The position numbers and the translations under genes were made by a program. From an uncultured Alphaproteobacteria bacterium (GTDB lineage: Bacteria > Pseudomonadota > Alphaproteobacteria > CAAHEQ01 > UBA3637), in NCBI GenBank assembly GCA_944391735.1, contig CALXUR010000003.1, positions 12,287 through 76,286 of the forward strand: 64,000 bases of DNA, given 5' to 3'. The stretch's first letter is position 1; each line of letters starts with the position of its first letter. The notes beneath the pieces were generated by a model that worked only from the letters and a program-made list of their open reading frames with translations, did no database searches and had not been told where the DNA came from. This document shows, piece after piece, positions 46,074-56,320 of the stretch.

Positions 46074-47354
46074 ATGTTTATCATATGCCCAAAATGTTCT
46101 GCAAAGTATCGACTTCCGGATGATATTGATCTGAAAGAAGGGCAAAAATTGAAATGTTCCGCCTGCGGTTTGGTTTTTGAAAAAGGGCAGGAGGCACCTT
46201 TTGTATTAGAGCGACCGGAATCTTCTGTCCCGGATCAGGGGATATCGACCGAGGAGAGTAAACCTCAGAATAATCCGCCCCCCGAATGGACGGCACCGGA
46301 ATATGTGTCCGGCGGGCAATCCAGCGCGGAACCGGCCGTTTCGGATGATGAAGTTTTCAGAACGCCGATGTTCGACCGTGCCATAGCGGTGGGCAATCGG
46401 GAGGCGGCCGGCTTGAACGTGTCCCCCGCATCATTCGGTCGTTCCGGAGATATTATACCGGAGGCTTTTGTTCCGGTCGAATCGTCGTCTCCCAAGACGT
46501 CGAAAAAAAGCGGTTTGATTTTAGTTGTCATTTATTTAGTGGCTATTATCGGTTTTTGTTGCGCGGCGTGGCATTATCGTGACATGTTGATGCCGGCATT
46601 TTATTCTTTTATGCCGCGGCCGACGAATGAACGTGCCATTCGTCCCGTTGTTCGAGAAGATGTCCCGGTGACGAAAAAGGATTCTAAACCGGTTGAAAAA
46701 TCCGCCGTTGTTCAGCTGGAAAAGAAAAAAAGTCCTGATGAGGCGATTCCCGTAAAAGGGGAAACGGTTGTTTCGGATCAATCGGAGCGGGGGATGGAAG
46801 AAGTCGTTAAAACCGTTCCGGTGGAAACCATTGTTATTGAACCTGTTGCTTTACCGGCGGAACCTGTTCCTGTTAATCCGGCAGAGGCGGGGGCGGTAGT
46901 TGGAGCGGCGGTATCCGCCCAACCGGTTATTGATCGTGCGGTCGATGTTTCGGACAAGTCGGGTGCGGTGCAAAAGAGGGAAGACACAGTCGATTCAACA
47001 CAAGCGGAGCCTCAACCGGTTTTTGACGCGGAGCCGTTGTTTGACATGGTTGCCGAACCGGTGCCGACTGCGTCCGAGAATGAATTAAGTATTCAAGATG
47101 TTCATTTTCGGATTGTTCCCGATGAGGGAGCCGGGGAACAGTTATTGGTTGAAGGAACGTTGCGGAACACCGCCTCTGACAGTCGGAGTATTCCTGTTTT
47201 AACGGCGACCGTTTGGAGTGGAAACAGTCAGATTTTAGGGCAGAAAAAGGTGCATGTAACGCAAGAGCAAATCGGCGCGGGACAAATCGTGTCTTTTTAT
47301 ACAAGTTTCACGCCGGCACCGGTGGGAGCCAGTCATGTTGATGTCACTTTTTAG
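46074..47354 (+). CDS. MJ0042-type zinc-ribbon protein with a central TM segment and a DUF3426-like C-terminal domain
   Basis: ICPKCSAKY...CSACG N-terminal zinc ribbon. Pro/Glu-rich linker. Divergent from ftsEX. RBS AAAGGGAAAGACAA then ATG at 46074. Confidence 0.6.
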   Translation: MFIICPKCSAKYRLPDDIDLKEGQKLKCSACGLVFEKGQEAPFVLERPESSVPDQGISTEESKPQNNPPPEWTAPEYVSGGQSSAEPAVSDDEVFRTPMFDRAIAVGNREAAGLNVSPASFGRSGDIIPEAFVPVESSSPKTSKKSGLILVVIYLVAIIGFCCAAWHYRDMLMPAFYSFMPRPTNERAIRPVVREDVPVTKKDSKPVEKSAVVQLEKKKSPDEAIPVKGETVVSDQSERGMEEVVKTVPVETIVIEPVALPAEPVPVNPAEAGAVVGAAVSAQPVIDRAVDVSDKSGAVQKREDTVDSTQAEPQPVFDAEPLFDMVAEPVPTASENELSIQDVHFRIVPDEGAGEQLLVEGTLRNTASDSRSIPVLTATVWSGNSQILGQKKVHVTQEQIGAGQIVSFYTSFTPAPVGASHVDVTF

Positions 47355-47360
47355 AGGTGT

Positions 47361-48086
47361 TTGATGAAATTGGGCGTGATATTTATTTTTGGGTGGATGA
47401 CGGTGGCGGAGATTGCTTTGGCGGCGTGTCCTGCCGGAGATGATGTGTCGCGTTCCCAAGGTATATCGGCGGCTATTCCCGTTTATGAATCGTGTGCTTT
47501 ACGGCAGAATGATGATGAAACGCAATTATATCTGGCTCAACTGTATGATCGGGGGCAATCCGGTGTTTCCCGGAATATTCAGCGGGCGTTGTTATTTTAT
47601 CATTTGAGTGCGGAAAATGGTAATGCGACGGCTCAAGTCGGGTTATCCAAGTTGTTGACACGTTTGGATGATGATGAGGCGACGCGGCCGGAAATTCGGG
47701 CGTATATGGAAAAGATAGAAGGACAGTTGAAAAACCGCGGGCAAACATCTTTTAAGGGACAGATGTTACATCCTTATACATTATTGTTGTTGGCGGCGGA
47801 AAAGCCGGCGTCAAAATGGTTTTATCCGACGACAGTAACCAGTGATCCGGAGGCGCTGCGTCTTTTAAAGAAATATGATATAACGCCGGACAAAAAAGAA
47901 GCGTCCTATGCCGAAGCGACGGCTTGGAAACAGCGAAAAATGTTGGATATGGCACGTGATGTTTTTTCGGTATCGGAATACAATTCTTTTTATGACAGAT
48001 TGTATCCGGCACAGGGGGGACCGGATGCGTTTGCGCGATCACAGGCGATAAATGAGTTAAAGGAAAAATTGGAATCGGGAAAATAA
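47361..48086 (+). CDS. Secreted Sel1-repeat protein
   Basis: Signal peptide MMKLGVIFIFGWMTVAEIALA. Sel1-like AQLYDRGQSGVSRNIQRALLFYHLSAENGNATAQVGL. Confidence 0.5.
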   Translation: MMKLGVIFIFGWMTVAEIALAACPAGDDVSRSQGISAAIPVYESCALRQNDDETQLYLAQLYDRGQSGVSRNIQRALLFYHLSAENGNATAQVGLSKLLTRLDDDEATRPEIRAYMEKIEGQLKNRGQTSFKGQMLHPYTLLLLAAEKPASKWFYPTTVTSDPEALRLLKKYDITPDKKEASYAEATAWKQRKMLDMARDVFSVSEYNSFYDRLYPAQGGPDAFARSQAINELKEKLESGK

Positions 48087-49397
48087 ATGAAAATTTATAT
48101 AAAAACCTTTGGTTGTCAGATGAACATGTATGACTCCGCGCGTATGCGGGATGCTTTGAGTGTTCTGGGATATCAGGAAACGGATCAAAAAGAAGACGCA
48201 GACATTTTGTTGTTGAATACATGTCATATTCGGGAAAAAGCGTCCGAAAAGCTATTTTCCGAAATCGGGCGGATGAATGAGGTCAAACAAGTCCGGAAAG
48301 CGCGGGGACTGGACACATTATTAATTGTGGCAGGATGTGTGGTGCAAGCCGGCGGAGAGGAATTATTGCGTCGCGCCCACGCGGTTGACATTGCCGTCGG
48401 ACCTCAAAATTATCATCGGTTACCGGAGTTGGTAACGAAATTCGACCGAAAGAAAGGACGTGTGGTTGTGGCGGATTTTCCGGCAGAATCCAAGTTTGAT
48501 TTTTTGCCGGAAACGCGGGCGGGCGGCGCTTCTTGTTTTTTAGCCGTTCAAGAAGGGTGTGATCATTTTTGTTCTTATTGCGTTGTGCCGTATACGCGGG
48601 GGTGCGAATACTCCCGACCTGCCGATGAGATATTAGCCGAAGCGCGGCGTCTGGTGGAAACGGGAGCCAAGGAAATTATGTTATTGGGGCAGAATGTGAA
48701 CGGGTGGCATGGCGACGGCGCGCGGGATCTGGGGGATGTGATTCGCATGATGGCCGATATTCCGGGATTAATGCGGATCCGATACACGACATCCTATCCC
48801 TCTGAAATGACAGATAATATTATCACGGCGCATCGGGATGTGCCGCAATTGATGCCGTATATTCATTTACCGATTCAATCGGGGAGTGATGGTGTGTTAA
48901 AAGCAATGAATCGGCAATACACGGTTAAAGAGTATTTGGATATTGTTGATCGTTTTCGGTCGGTTCGTCCGGATATTGCGATTTCATCCGATTTTATTGT
49001 CGGGTTTCCGGGGGAAACGGATGCGGATTTTGAAGGGACGATGGATATCGTTCGGCGTGTTCAATATGCCAGTTCATTTTCCTTTAAGTTCAGCCCTCGT
49101 CCGGGAACGCCTGCCAGTTTAATGAAAAACCAAATTAAGGAGGCTGTTAAAACGGATCGCCTGATGCGACTTCAGGCGTTATTGTTGGATCAGCAAAAAG
49201 CTTTTAATGCAGCCACCGTCGGCAAGACGTTGGATGTTTTAATGATTGAAAAGGGAAAGGAGCAAGGGCAACTGTCCGGTTACACCCCTTATTTGCAAAA
49301 CACGCATGTTGCTTTGGATCAATCCTGTTTGGGGCAAATTGTAACGGTTCGGATAACCGGTGCGACGGCAACGTCTTTGTCGGGTGAGGTTGTTTGA
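48087..49397 (+). CDS. miaB: tRNA-2-methylthio-N6-dimethylallyladenosine synthase
   Basis: KIYIKTFGCQMNMYDS MTTase N-domain, radical SAM CxxxCxxC, TRAM domain. Confidence 0.9.
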   Translation: MKIYIKTFGCQMNMYDSARMRDALSVLGYQETDQKEDADILLLNTCHIREKASEKLFSEIGRMNEVKQVRKARGLDTLLIVAGCVVQAGGEELLRRAHAVDIAVGPQNYHRLPELVTKFDRKKGRVVVADFPAESKFDFLPETRAGGASCFLAVQEGCDHFCSYCVVPYTRGCEYSRPADEILAEARRLVETGAKEIMLLGQNVNGWHGDGARDLGDVIRMMADIPGLMRIRYTTSYPSEMTDNIITAHRDVPQLMPYIHLPIQSGSDGVLKAMNRQYTVKEYLDIVDRFRSVRPDIAISSDFIVGFPGETDADFEGTMDIVRRVQYASSFSFKFSPRPGTPASLMKNQIKEAVKTDRLMRLQALLLDQQKAFNAATVGKTLDVLMIEKGKEQGQLSGYTPYLQNTHVALDQSCLGQIVTVRITGATATSLSGEVV

Positions 49398-49419
49398 TGT
49401 GAGGCCGTATGTTTAAAAG

Positions 49420-49441
49420 TCCCCTCTCGGCCGAGAGGGGA
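49420..49441. terminator. Perfect palindromic hairpin between convergent miaB and the DMT transporter gene
   Basis: TCCCCTCTCGG CCGAGAGGGGA. Confidence 0.6.
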
Positions 49442-49450
49442 TGTTGATAT

Positions 49451-50368
49451 CTATTTCTTTTGAGAGGCGGTGGTCTGATGTCGGCTGACAATATAGACGC
49501 CGGCAATGACGGCCAGGCCACCGATGATTTGAGGCCACCCGATCGTTGTTCCCAATAAAAGTGCGGCGCCGCTCATACTGAAAACCGGTTGCAGATAATA
49601 AATAATGCCCGTTTTAACGGTTCCGATACGGCTGAGGGCGTTGTTCCAGGCCAGATACGCCAATACGGAATTGAAGATACCCAGATAAATGAAAATGGAA
49701 TAATCTGTCATGGAAAAATGTTTCCATTCCGTCGGCGGTGTCAGGCTGAAAAAGAAGGGAGCCAAAATCAGGACGCCGATGATAACCGTAGCGCAGAGTA
49801 AGGTTGTTTGGGGCAAATCAGGCGGTCTTTTATATTGAAGAAAGCTGTAAACCGCGAAACAAAAAGCGTTCAGGAGCATCCAAAAATCGCCGGATTTCCA
49901 GGGGATACCGCCTAAATCACCCCAATGTCCTTTTGTGATGATCGTGAAAACACCGAGAAGGGCGATTAAAATGCCTATGATTTGACCGATTTGAACGGGC
50001 GTTTTTAAAAAGACGGCGGACAAAATGACCAAAAAAACAGGACCCAACAGGTTTAAAAGACTCATGTTGACGGCATCGATCGTATGGCCGGCCAGATAAA
50101 TTAAGGTGTTGTCCAAGACAATGCCCGACAGAGCCAGGCCGATAATCCATATCCCGTGTTTTAATAAGAAATCTTTTTGAGCGATCAAATTTTTCCAAGC
50201 AAAAGGCAATAAAATAAGTAAAGCGAAGAACCAGCGGCCGAAAGCAAATTCAACCGGTGTCAGATCCGTTGCGAAATGTTGGGCGATCAGGACGTTTAAG
50301 CTCCAGAAAAAGACGGCTGTCAGTGCTAAAAGATAGCCGCTTAATGTTTGTTTGTCGGAAATAAACAT
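49451..50368 (-). CDS. EamA/DMT-family transporter
   Basis: Ten-TM protein with two EamA-like halves. RBS AGGAGG before the ATG at 50368. Confidence 0.7.
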   Translation of the reverse strand: MFISDKQTLSGYLLALTAVFFWSLNVLIAQHFATDLTPVEFAFGRWFFALLILLPFAWKNLIAQKDFLLKHGIWIIGLALSGIVLDNTLIYLAGHTIDAVNMSLLNLLGPVFLVILSAVFLKTPVQIGQIIGILIALLGVFTIITKGHWGDLGGIPWKSGDFWMLLNAFCFAVYSFLQYKRPPDLPQTTLLCATVIIGVLILAPFFFSLTPPTEWKHFSMTDYSIFIYLGIFNSVLAYLAWNNALSRIGTVKTGIIYYLQPVFSMSGAALLLGTTIGWPQIIGGLAVIAGVYIVSRHQTTASQKK

Positions 50369-50432
50369 GATATAATATCCTCCTGTTTTTATATAGGATA
50401 AAAAAAGAGATGGCAAAAGCGTCAAAAGTATA

Positions 50433-51578
50433 TCAAATGGCTTTGTGTGTTAATGCCCAAGCGTTTTCTTGACGTTCAAAGGTTTCTTCGCGTCCGTCTT
50501 CCCAACGCAAAACCATCAGGGTCGGCGTTTGATACATAATCGTAGCGCGTTCTTGTGTGCTTTGGCGTTTGAACCGATTGAACCCGTCCGGAATCAGATT
50601 ATCCAGATAGTCATCATGCTTCAGATACAGGCTGCCCGCAGGCAGATGTTCATCCGTGCATTCTTTACGATAGATAAAGTCAAGGGTGGCCTGATCCACA
50701 AGTTGCACCCGCGGATTATTCAGTTGCATTTGATGCAGCAGATCGCATCGGTTACCAGACAAGGCGTCCGTTTGAGAAATTCCGAATCGTTCCAAAAAAC
50801 GAGCCGATGTTTTTTTGCGGTTATCTTTTATGGCTTGGTAATAAGCGGGGCTGTTTGTGCGGTGTCGCCGCAGTGTCATCAACGGTTCATTGATCATAGA
50901 CAGATGGCCGCCGGCAAAAATAATCTGACGCCAAAAATCATAATCTTCCGAACTGATAAATGCTTCGTTATAACGGATATGATGATTTTGGATGAAGTCG
51001 CGGCGAACAACGGCCAGGTTTGTAAAATAATTTCCCAGATTCATCAAAACATCCAATCGTTTTTTAGGAACCCAGTTGTTGGGAACGGGCGATGTTGTTT
51101 TTGTATAGGTAGCGTTGACGGCCGTGATATCAGGGTGGTTTTCCAAATAGGCAACAGATTTTTCCAGGCGTGTCGGAAGGGATATATCGTCGCTGTCCAT
51201 AATAGCAATATATTTTCCCCGTGCGGCATCGTTTCCTTTATTTCGTGAATAGGAAATCCCTTTATTTTGGGGATTACGCAACAATATGATTCGATTGTCT
51301 TTATCGGCGTAAGCGGCCAAAACCGCCGATGAATCATCCGTTGACCCGTCATCGACGATAATAAATTCAAAGTCGGTGAAAGTTTGATTTAAGATAGATT
51401 CTATGGCACGCGGCAACAGATCCGCGCGGTTATAGGTCGGCATGACAACGGATACCGTCGGCGGTATCAACCGACGTTTTATGCCGCGACGAACGGTGGG
51501 GTGTATTATTATTGTCAGACAAATAGCAATCGTTATGAGAAAAATAACGGAGCCAATCTGTTTGATTGTCAGTCGCAT
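50433..51578 (-). CDS. Family 2 glycosyltransferase with an N-terminal TM anchor
   Basis: VVMPTYNRADLLPRAIESILNQTFTDFEFIIVDDGSTDDS is the GT2 DxD-containing N-terminus. Confidence 0.75.
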   Translation of the reverse strand: MRLTIKQIGSVIFLITIAICLTIIIHPTVRRGIKRRLIPPTVSVVMPTYNRADLLPRAIESILNQTFTDFEFIIVDDGSTDDSSAVLAAYADKDNRIILLRNPQNKGISYSRNKGNDAARGKYIAIMDSDDISLPTRLEKSVAYLENHPDITAVNATYTKTTSPVPNNWVPKKRLDVLMNLGNYFTNLAVVRRDFIQNHHIRYNEAFISSEDYDFWRQIIFAGGHLSMINEPLMTLRRHRTNSPAYYQAIKDNRKKTSARFLERFGISQTDALSGNRCDLLHQMQLNNPRVQLVDQATLDFIYRKECTDEHLPAGSLYLKHDDYLDNLIPDGFNRFKRQSTQERATIMYQTPTLMVLRWEDGREETFERQENAWALTHKAI

Positions 51579-51579
51579 G

Positions 51580-52158
51580 TTACGCCTTTCCGGCCGTTCC
51601 CGATAAACGATAAGCGTCTATTCCGACGGATTTTAATGCTTCCCGCCATCTATCCGCGTAGGGCGTATGGAACAAAATCTGATTATCTGCCGGAACCGTT
51701 AACCAGGTGTTGCTCATTAATTCATCTTCCAATTGACCGCGGCGCCATGTGGCGCATCCCAAAATCAGTAAAAACTCTTTCGGTCCCCGTTTTCCGGCAA
51801 TATCCCGCAAGATTTCCTGAGTTGTGGTCAGTGAAACATCCGCCGATATCGGTTGTGTCATTAAGCCGGTATAATCAGGCGAATGTAAAATAAAACCGCG
51901 CGCCGCTTGAACAGGCCCCCCAAGCAACAGGGGCGGTAATTTGATATCCGGCACGGGAATGTGCATCTGCATTAAAATTTCTTGAAAGAACAAACGTTCG
52001 GCGGGTTGGTTGATGACAAGCCCTTGCGCACCGTCTTCTTCGGTGTGTCTAAAAATATAAACGACTTTTCTGTCAAAACGGGCGTCTTCCATTCCCGGGA
52101 CGGCAACTAAAAACTGTCCCGTTAATGGAATGAATGATGGCATTTTGTTATCGTTCAT
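51580..52158 (-). CDS. YqgE/AlgH family protein (UPF0301)
   Basis: LTGQFLVAVPGMED..F..VVYIFRHTEEDGAQGLVINQP pattern. Confidence 0.75.
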   Translation of the reverse strand: MNDNKMPSFIPLTGQFLVAVPGMEDARFDRKVVYIFRHTEEDGAQGLVINQPAERLFFQEILMQMHIPVPDIKLPPLLLGGPVQAARGFILHSPDYTGLMTQPISADVSLTTTQEILRDIAGKRGPKEFLLILGCATWRRGQLEDELMSNTWLTVPADNQILFHTPYADRWREALKSVGIDAYRLSGTAGKA

Positions 52159-52510
52159 TTTTTTCGTCGTCGTCGAAATTTTCCACGATACCGCTTAAAT
52201 CCGAATTGTTTTCTTCCATTTCCTCTGAATCTTCCAGGATATCCAATCCGTCCGATCCGATTTCTTCATCGGCCAGGGGGACATCCTCCGTCATTTGCAA
52301 CAAGGCTTCCTCATCCAGATTTTCATCATCAATTTTGGGTGCCGCTTTTTTGGCCAGTTTCATCAGTTGTTTTGTTTTGGCTTCTTCATATGTATCCAAA
52401 GAATATTGTTCACCGCATTTGGGACAAACAAAAGTTTCTTTCCGCATATCATAGAAAAAGGCACCGCATTTCGTGCATTTTCGTTTCAGACCCCATTCAG
52501 GTTTTGTCAT
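52148..52510 (-). CDS. Zinc-ribbon protein of the FYDLN_acid family (TIGR02300-like) with an acidic C-terminus
   Basis: KCTKCGAFFYDM...VCPKCG followed by an Asp/Glu-rich tail. RBS GGAGG 5 nt before the ATG at 52510. The track ORF extension to 52810 is non-coding leader. Confidence 0.6.
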   Translation of the reverse strand: MTKPEWGLKRKCTKCGAFFYDMRKETFVCPKCGEQYSLDTYEEAKTKQLMKLAKKAAPKIDDENLDEEALLQMTEDVPLADEEIGSDGLDILEDSEEMEENNSDLSGIVENFDDDEKNER

Positions 52511-52789
52511 TTTTTCCTCCATACTGTCAAAGTCTTTTATGAGCGTTTTACACATTCTGGAGCCGTTGTCAATAAAAAAATGAATAGAGGAATGAAAAAA
52601 GGCGGAGCGGGAGGCTGTATTTAATGATTGCAATTGCGGATAAAATATGCTATATAGGGGGTGTCTGCCGGGGGACGGCGGATACGGTTCCGGAGCACAC
52701 CTATCCGGTTCCGGCGGAAAATCGGGTGTGATTAAGTCCGCAAAGTTTTGCTTTGACGGCCAATTAGAATAATTTTTTAGGAATATTAT

Positions 52790-54571
52790 ATGAATAAAAC
52801 AGAAAACCAAATGCCGGGCGTATCCGAAGATTTTGGCGCATTGCTTGATGAATTTATGGGAAAGGGTGCCCTTCAGGGGAAAGTTGTTTCCGGTAAAGTC
52901 GTTGGTTTTGATGATGACGTGGTCATTGTTGACGTTGGTTTAAAATCCGAAGGACGCATTCCGTTGTCCGAATGCGGTGCTCAGGAGTTACATGTCGGTG
53001 ACATGATTGAAGTGTTCATTGATCGTTATGAAGACAAAAACGGAAATGCCGTTTTATCCCGCGAAAAAGCGCGTCGGGAAGAAGCCTGGGGCGATTTGGA
53101 AAAGGCGATGGAAAAAGGCGAGCATGTGACCGGAACGATTTTCGGGCGTGTCAAAGGTGGTTTTACGGTCGATTTGAACGGTGCTACGGCGTTCCTGCCG
53201 GGCAGCCAGATTGACGTTCGTCCGATTCGCGATATGACACCGTTGATGGGAATTCCTCAACCGTTTGCTTTATTGAAAATGGACAAATTACGCGGTAACA
53301 TCGTTGTGTCCCGTCGGGCGGTTTTGGAAGAAACACGTGCCGAACAGCGTTCCGAAATCATTAAAAACCTAACCGAAGGGCAAGTTGTGGAAGGAACGGT
53401 CAAGAACATTACGGATTATGGTGCCTTTATTGATTTGGGCGGTGTTGACGGGTTGTTGCATGTGACGGATATTTCCTGGAAGCGCGTGACGAATCCGGCC
53501 GAGGTTTTATCTGTCGGTCAAACGATCAAGGTTCAAATTATCAAGTTCAACACGGATACGGGTCGTATTTCTCTGGGCATGAAGCAACTGGAAAATGATC
53601 CGTGGGTCGGTATTAACGATCGTTTCCCCGTTGGAACGGTCTTAAAAGGAAAAATCAGCAATATCACGGATTACGGTGCGTTCATTGAAATTGCTCCGGG
53701 GATCGAAGGTTTGGTGCATGTTTCCGAAATGAGTTGGACGAAAAAGAATGTTCACCCGAGCAAAATCGTTGCGATGAGCCAGGAAGTGGATGTGATTATT
53801 TTGGATGTTGATGAATCCAAACGCCGCATTTCTTTGGGTATGAAACAGCTGCAGGAAAACCCGTGGAAGACTTTTGCCGAAACGCATAACGTCGGTGATG
53901 TTATCGAAGGTGAAATCAAGAATATGATTGAATTCGGTATCTTTATTGCTTTGACGGATGATTTGGACGGCATGATTCACACATCGGATCTGTCTTGGGA
54001 CAAGTCGGGTGAAGAAGCGATCAAAGATTACAAGAAAGGTATGGTTATCAAAGCCAAAATCTTGGATATTGATGTTGAAAAAGAACGGATTTCTTTGGGC
54101 GTAAAGCAATTATCCGAAGATCCTTTTGCCGGTGTTTCCGAAACACTTAAGAAAGGTGCCGTTGTGACAGGCGTTGTTTCCGCGATTGAAGAAAACGGAA
54201 TTGAAGTTGATGTCAATGGCATTAAAGGGTATATCAAACGTTCTGATTTATCACGGGATCGGTCGGAGCAGAAAACAGAACGCTTTGCCATCGGTGAAAA
54301 AGTCGATGCTAAAGTAACTTTGTTTGATGCCAAGACACGCAAGTTGAACCTGTCTATCAAAGCGCGTGAAGTGGATGAGGAAAAACAGGCGATGGAAGAA
54401 TTCGGTTCGACATCCGCAGGGGCTTCTTTGGGGGATATTTTAGGTGCCGCTTTGGCCAAGAAAGCCAAAAAGGCGACGAAAAAAGAAGACTCTGAAGAAA
54501 AACCGGCCAAGAAAAAAGCTACGGCTAAGAAAGCCAAAGCCGATGACGAGGCGGAAAAAACGGAAGAGTAA
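52790..54571 (+). CDS. rpsA: 30S ribosomal protein S1
   Basis: Six S1 domains. 593 aa. Confidence 0.95.
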   Translation: MNKTENQMPGVSEDFGALLDEFMGKGALQGKVVSGKVVGFDDDVVIVDVGLKSEGRIPLSECGAQELHVGDMIEVFIDRYEDKNGNAVLSREKARREEAWGDLEKAMEKGEHVTGTIFGRVKGGFTVDLNGATAFLPGSQIDVRPIRDMTPLMGIPQPFALLKMDKLRGNIVVSRRAVLEETRAEQRSEIIKNLTEGQVVEGTVKNITDYGAFIDLGGVDGLLHVTDISWKRVTNPAEVLSVGQTIKVQIIKFNTDTGRISLGMKQLENDPWVGINDRFPVGTVLKGKISNITDYGAFIEIAPGIEGLVHVSEMSWTKKNVHPSKIVAMSQEVDVIILDVDESKRRISLGMKQLQENPWKTFAETHNVGDVIEGEIKNMIEFGIFIALTDDLDGMIHTSDLSWDKSGEEAIKDYKKGMVIKAKILDIDVEKERISLGVKQLSEDPFAGVSETLKKGAVVTGVVSAIEENGIEVDVNGIKGYIKRSDLSRDRSEQKTERFAIGEKVDAKVTLFDAKTRKLNLSIKAREVDEEKQAMEEFGSTSAGASLGDILGAALAKKAKKATKKEDSEEKPAKKKATAKKAKADDEAEKTEE

Positions 54572-54589
54572 TCGACGGTTGATTCCAAG

Positions 54590-54619
54590 AAAGCGCGCTA
54601 TTTCGGCGCGCTTTTTTTT
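54590..54619 (+). terminator. Rho-independent terminator after rpsA
   Basis: AAAGCGCGC-tatttcg-GCGCGCTTT followed by T8. Confidence 0.7.
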
Positions 54620-54650
54620 GTTGACAAGAGCGGATTTGAATGATACGTTG

Positions 54651-54686
54651 GGTGACATAGATTGATTTAAGAGGTTAATATATGAC
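54651..54686. repeat. 36-bp direct repeat GGTGACATAGATTGATTTAAGAGGTTAATATATGAC, copy 1. Copy 2 at 54717-54752 carries the real start codon of 54748.
   Basis: Exact duplication 66 bp apart. It includes the GAGG RBS and the ATG. Confidence 0.7.
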
Positions 54687-54747
54687 TATCCGGAATGATA
54701 TCTGAAACAGGTTTAAGGTGACATAGATTGATTTAAGAGGTTAATAT

Positions 54748-55410
54748 ATGACGGATATAATGCATAAAAGTATTTCACAAGATGAATCCGGAAGAACGTT
54801 GACGGAACTTTTGGTTGTTTTGGTCCTTATGGGATTTTTATCTTTAGCCTTTATTCGCGGATATGTGTGGGCTATGGATATGTATCACGCCAGTGAAACA
54901 ATGAATGAAATGGAAGTTCGGGCGACGACGTTGGCGACTTTGTATGGTCGGGAAGGTTGGCCCGCTGTGGGAACGGATGTTACGCTTGAAGAATTCGGCA
55001 ATGTAACGAATCATGGTTATCCGATTAAGATGACAACCTATAATGACGGTATGTTTGTGTTTGCCGTTTCGGATGTGCCGGTTAAAGTTTGCGAAAAGAT
55101 TTTGCGAGATTGGCGCATGGTTGAATGGTTGATGGTGGATGAAAACAGTGATGATCCGATCGGACCTGAACCCGGGGGAATCGGTAGTGAAGATAACTAC
55201 TATGATTTTTCAAATCCCAATCACGACCTGTGTTCCAGGTTTGCAAAGGCCGATGAAGAGAATAATGGTCAGCCGACCGTAAAAATGTATTTCTGGTTTC
55301 ATAGGGAATTAGACCTGTGTCAGGGCGATAACTGCGGCACGACGCCGGGTGGAGACGAACCCGATCAAGAGGATCAAGGGGGCACCGAAGGCGACGGAGG
55401 AACCGTATAA
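54748..55410 (+). CDS. Prepilin-type pilin-like protein (220 aa), third paralog
   Basis: ...QDESG|RTLTELLVVLVLMGFLSLAFIRGY prepilin-like N-terminus. Acidic Gly-rich C-terminus. Confidence 0.55.
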   Translation: MTDIMHKSISQDESGRTLTELLVVLVLMGFLSLAFIRGYVWAMDMYHASETMNEMEVRATTLATLYGREGWPAVGTDVTLEEFGNVTNHGYPIKMTTYNDGMFVFAVSDVPVKVCEKILRDWRMVEWLMVDENSDDPIGPEPGGIGSEDNYYDFSNPNHDLCSRFAKADEENNGQPTVKMYFWFHRELDLCQGDNCGTTPGGDEPDQEDQGGTEGDGGTV

Positions 55411-55535
55411 TGGGCAAGATTGTTATCTGCATTATCGGGATGTGTTTTTTGGTTGCTTGCGGTCGCGTATCCAAGCCGGTTCCGCCGGAAGGGAATATAT
55501 ACCCTTATCCCTATGTTGTAACACAGGATCCCTAG
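55410..55535 (+). CDS. Hypothetical small lipoprotein (41 aa), translationally coupled to the pilin-like gene (TAATG overlap)
   Basis: MGKIVICIIGMCFLVACGRVSKPVPPEGNIYPYPYVVTQDP with lipobox LVAC. Confidence 0.35.
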   Translation: MGKIVICIIGMCFLVACGRVSKPVPPEGNIYPYPYVVTQDP

Positions 55536-55554
55536 CGAATGGGTTTCCAATCAA

Positions 55555-55582
55555 AAATCCCCGGATGAAACGCCGGGGATTT
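55555..55582. terminator. 10-bp perfect hairpin. It works as an intrinsic terminator for the minus-strand gene 55601..56209, with the T-run on the minus strand.
   Basis: AAATCCCCGG-atgaaacg-CCGGGGATTT. Confidence 0.45.
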
Positions 55583-55600
55583 GATGTGTCCGGATTGACC

Positions 55601-56209
55601 TTATTCTTGAACAAAGACGGATTTGGGTTCGCCGCATAAAGGGCATGTCCAATCATCCGGCAGTTCTTCAAAGGGAATATCTCCGTCATACACATAGCCG
55701 CAAACGGTGCAAACCCATTTTTTTGATTCTGTCATTTTATTCTCCTTTCTTTTTCTGTTTTGATAGTCCGCATAAATCAGAGCCGGTGCCATAGAGCCGG
55801 GTTCGACGGCCTGAACATCACATAACAAGACCCAATGCGTAGCGGTTTCGATTCTCTGTGTGATGACAAGTGTCATATAAGCGGAAGCCTGATTCAAAAC
55901 CGGCAGGTTTTGATATAAATGATAAGGAACATTTTTCCATTTGTCCGTTGTTTTGGATGATTGCATACCGAAGTTTCGGATGACATCATCCGGCGTATCA
56001 ACCGGCAGGACGGACAGGGACAATTTTTGGGATATCAGGACATTTTCACAGGTAAATGAGCTTTTCCCCAAAGAGATCATAATTTGGGCGGGCGAAGCTT
56101 CAATCACCATCACGGCATCAATACAACTTCCGATTAAACGGTCTTGCGTGTCGCGGGCACCTGTTACATACAGTCCATGGGAAATTTTAAAAAGGGCGTC
56201 TAAATTCAT
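55601..56209 (-). CDS. Flavin reductase-like domain fused to a C-terminal rubredoxin
   Basis: C-terminal [13 protein letters not shown]...DDWTCPLCG rubredoxin CxxCG...CPxCG pair. RBS GGAGG before the Met at 56209. Confidence 0.75.
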   Translation of the reverse strand: MNLDALFKISHGLYVTGARDTQDRLIGSCIDAVMVIEASPAQIMISLGKSSFTCENVLISQKLSLSVLPVDTPDDVIRNFGMQSSKTTDKWKNVPYHLYQNLPVLNQASAYMTLVITQRIETATHWVLLCDVQAVEPGSMAPALIYADYQNRKRKENKMTESKKWVCTVCGYVYDGDIPFEELPDDWTCPLCGEPKSVFVQE

Positions 56210-56320
56210 CCTGTCCTCCATTCTGATTTAAGATAACGTAAAACGGGATAAAGTGCAACTTTTTTATTGAAAAAGAAATAAAAGTGCCTATAATGCATAT
56301 ATTCAGTAAAAGGGATAAAA

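Noticed and set aside
52523-52810. N-terminal 100-aa extension of the FYDLN-family ORF (track 52148..52810)
   Set aside because: A strong GGAGG RBS sits 5 nt before the internal Met at 52510. The conserved zinc ribbon starts right after that Met. The extension would overlap the rpsA promoter and leader region.
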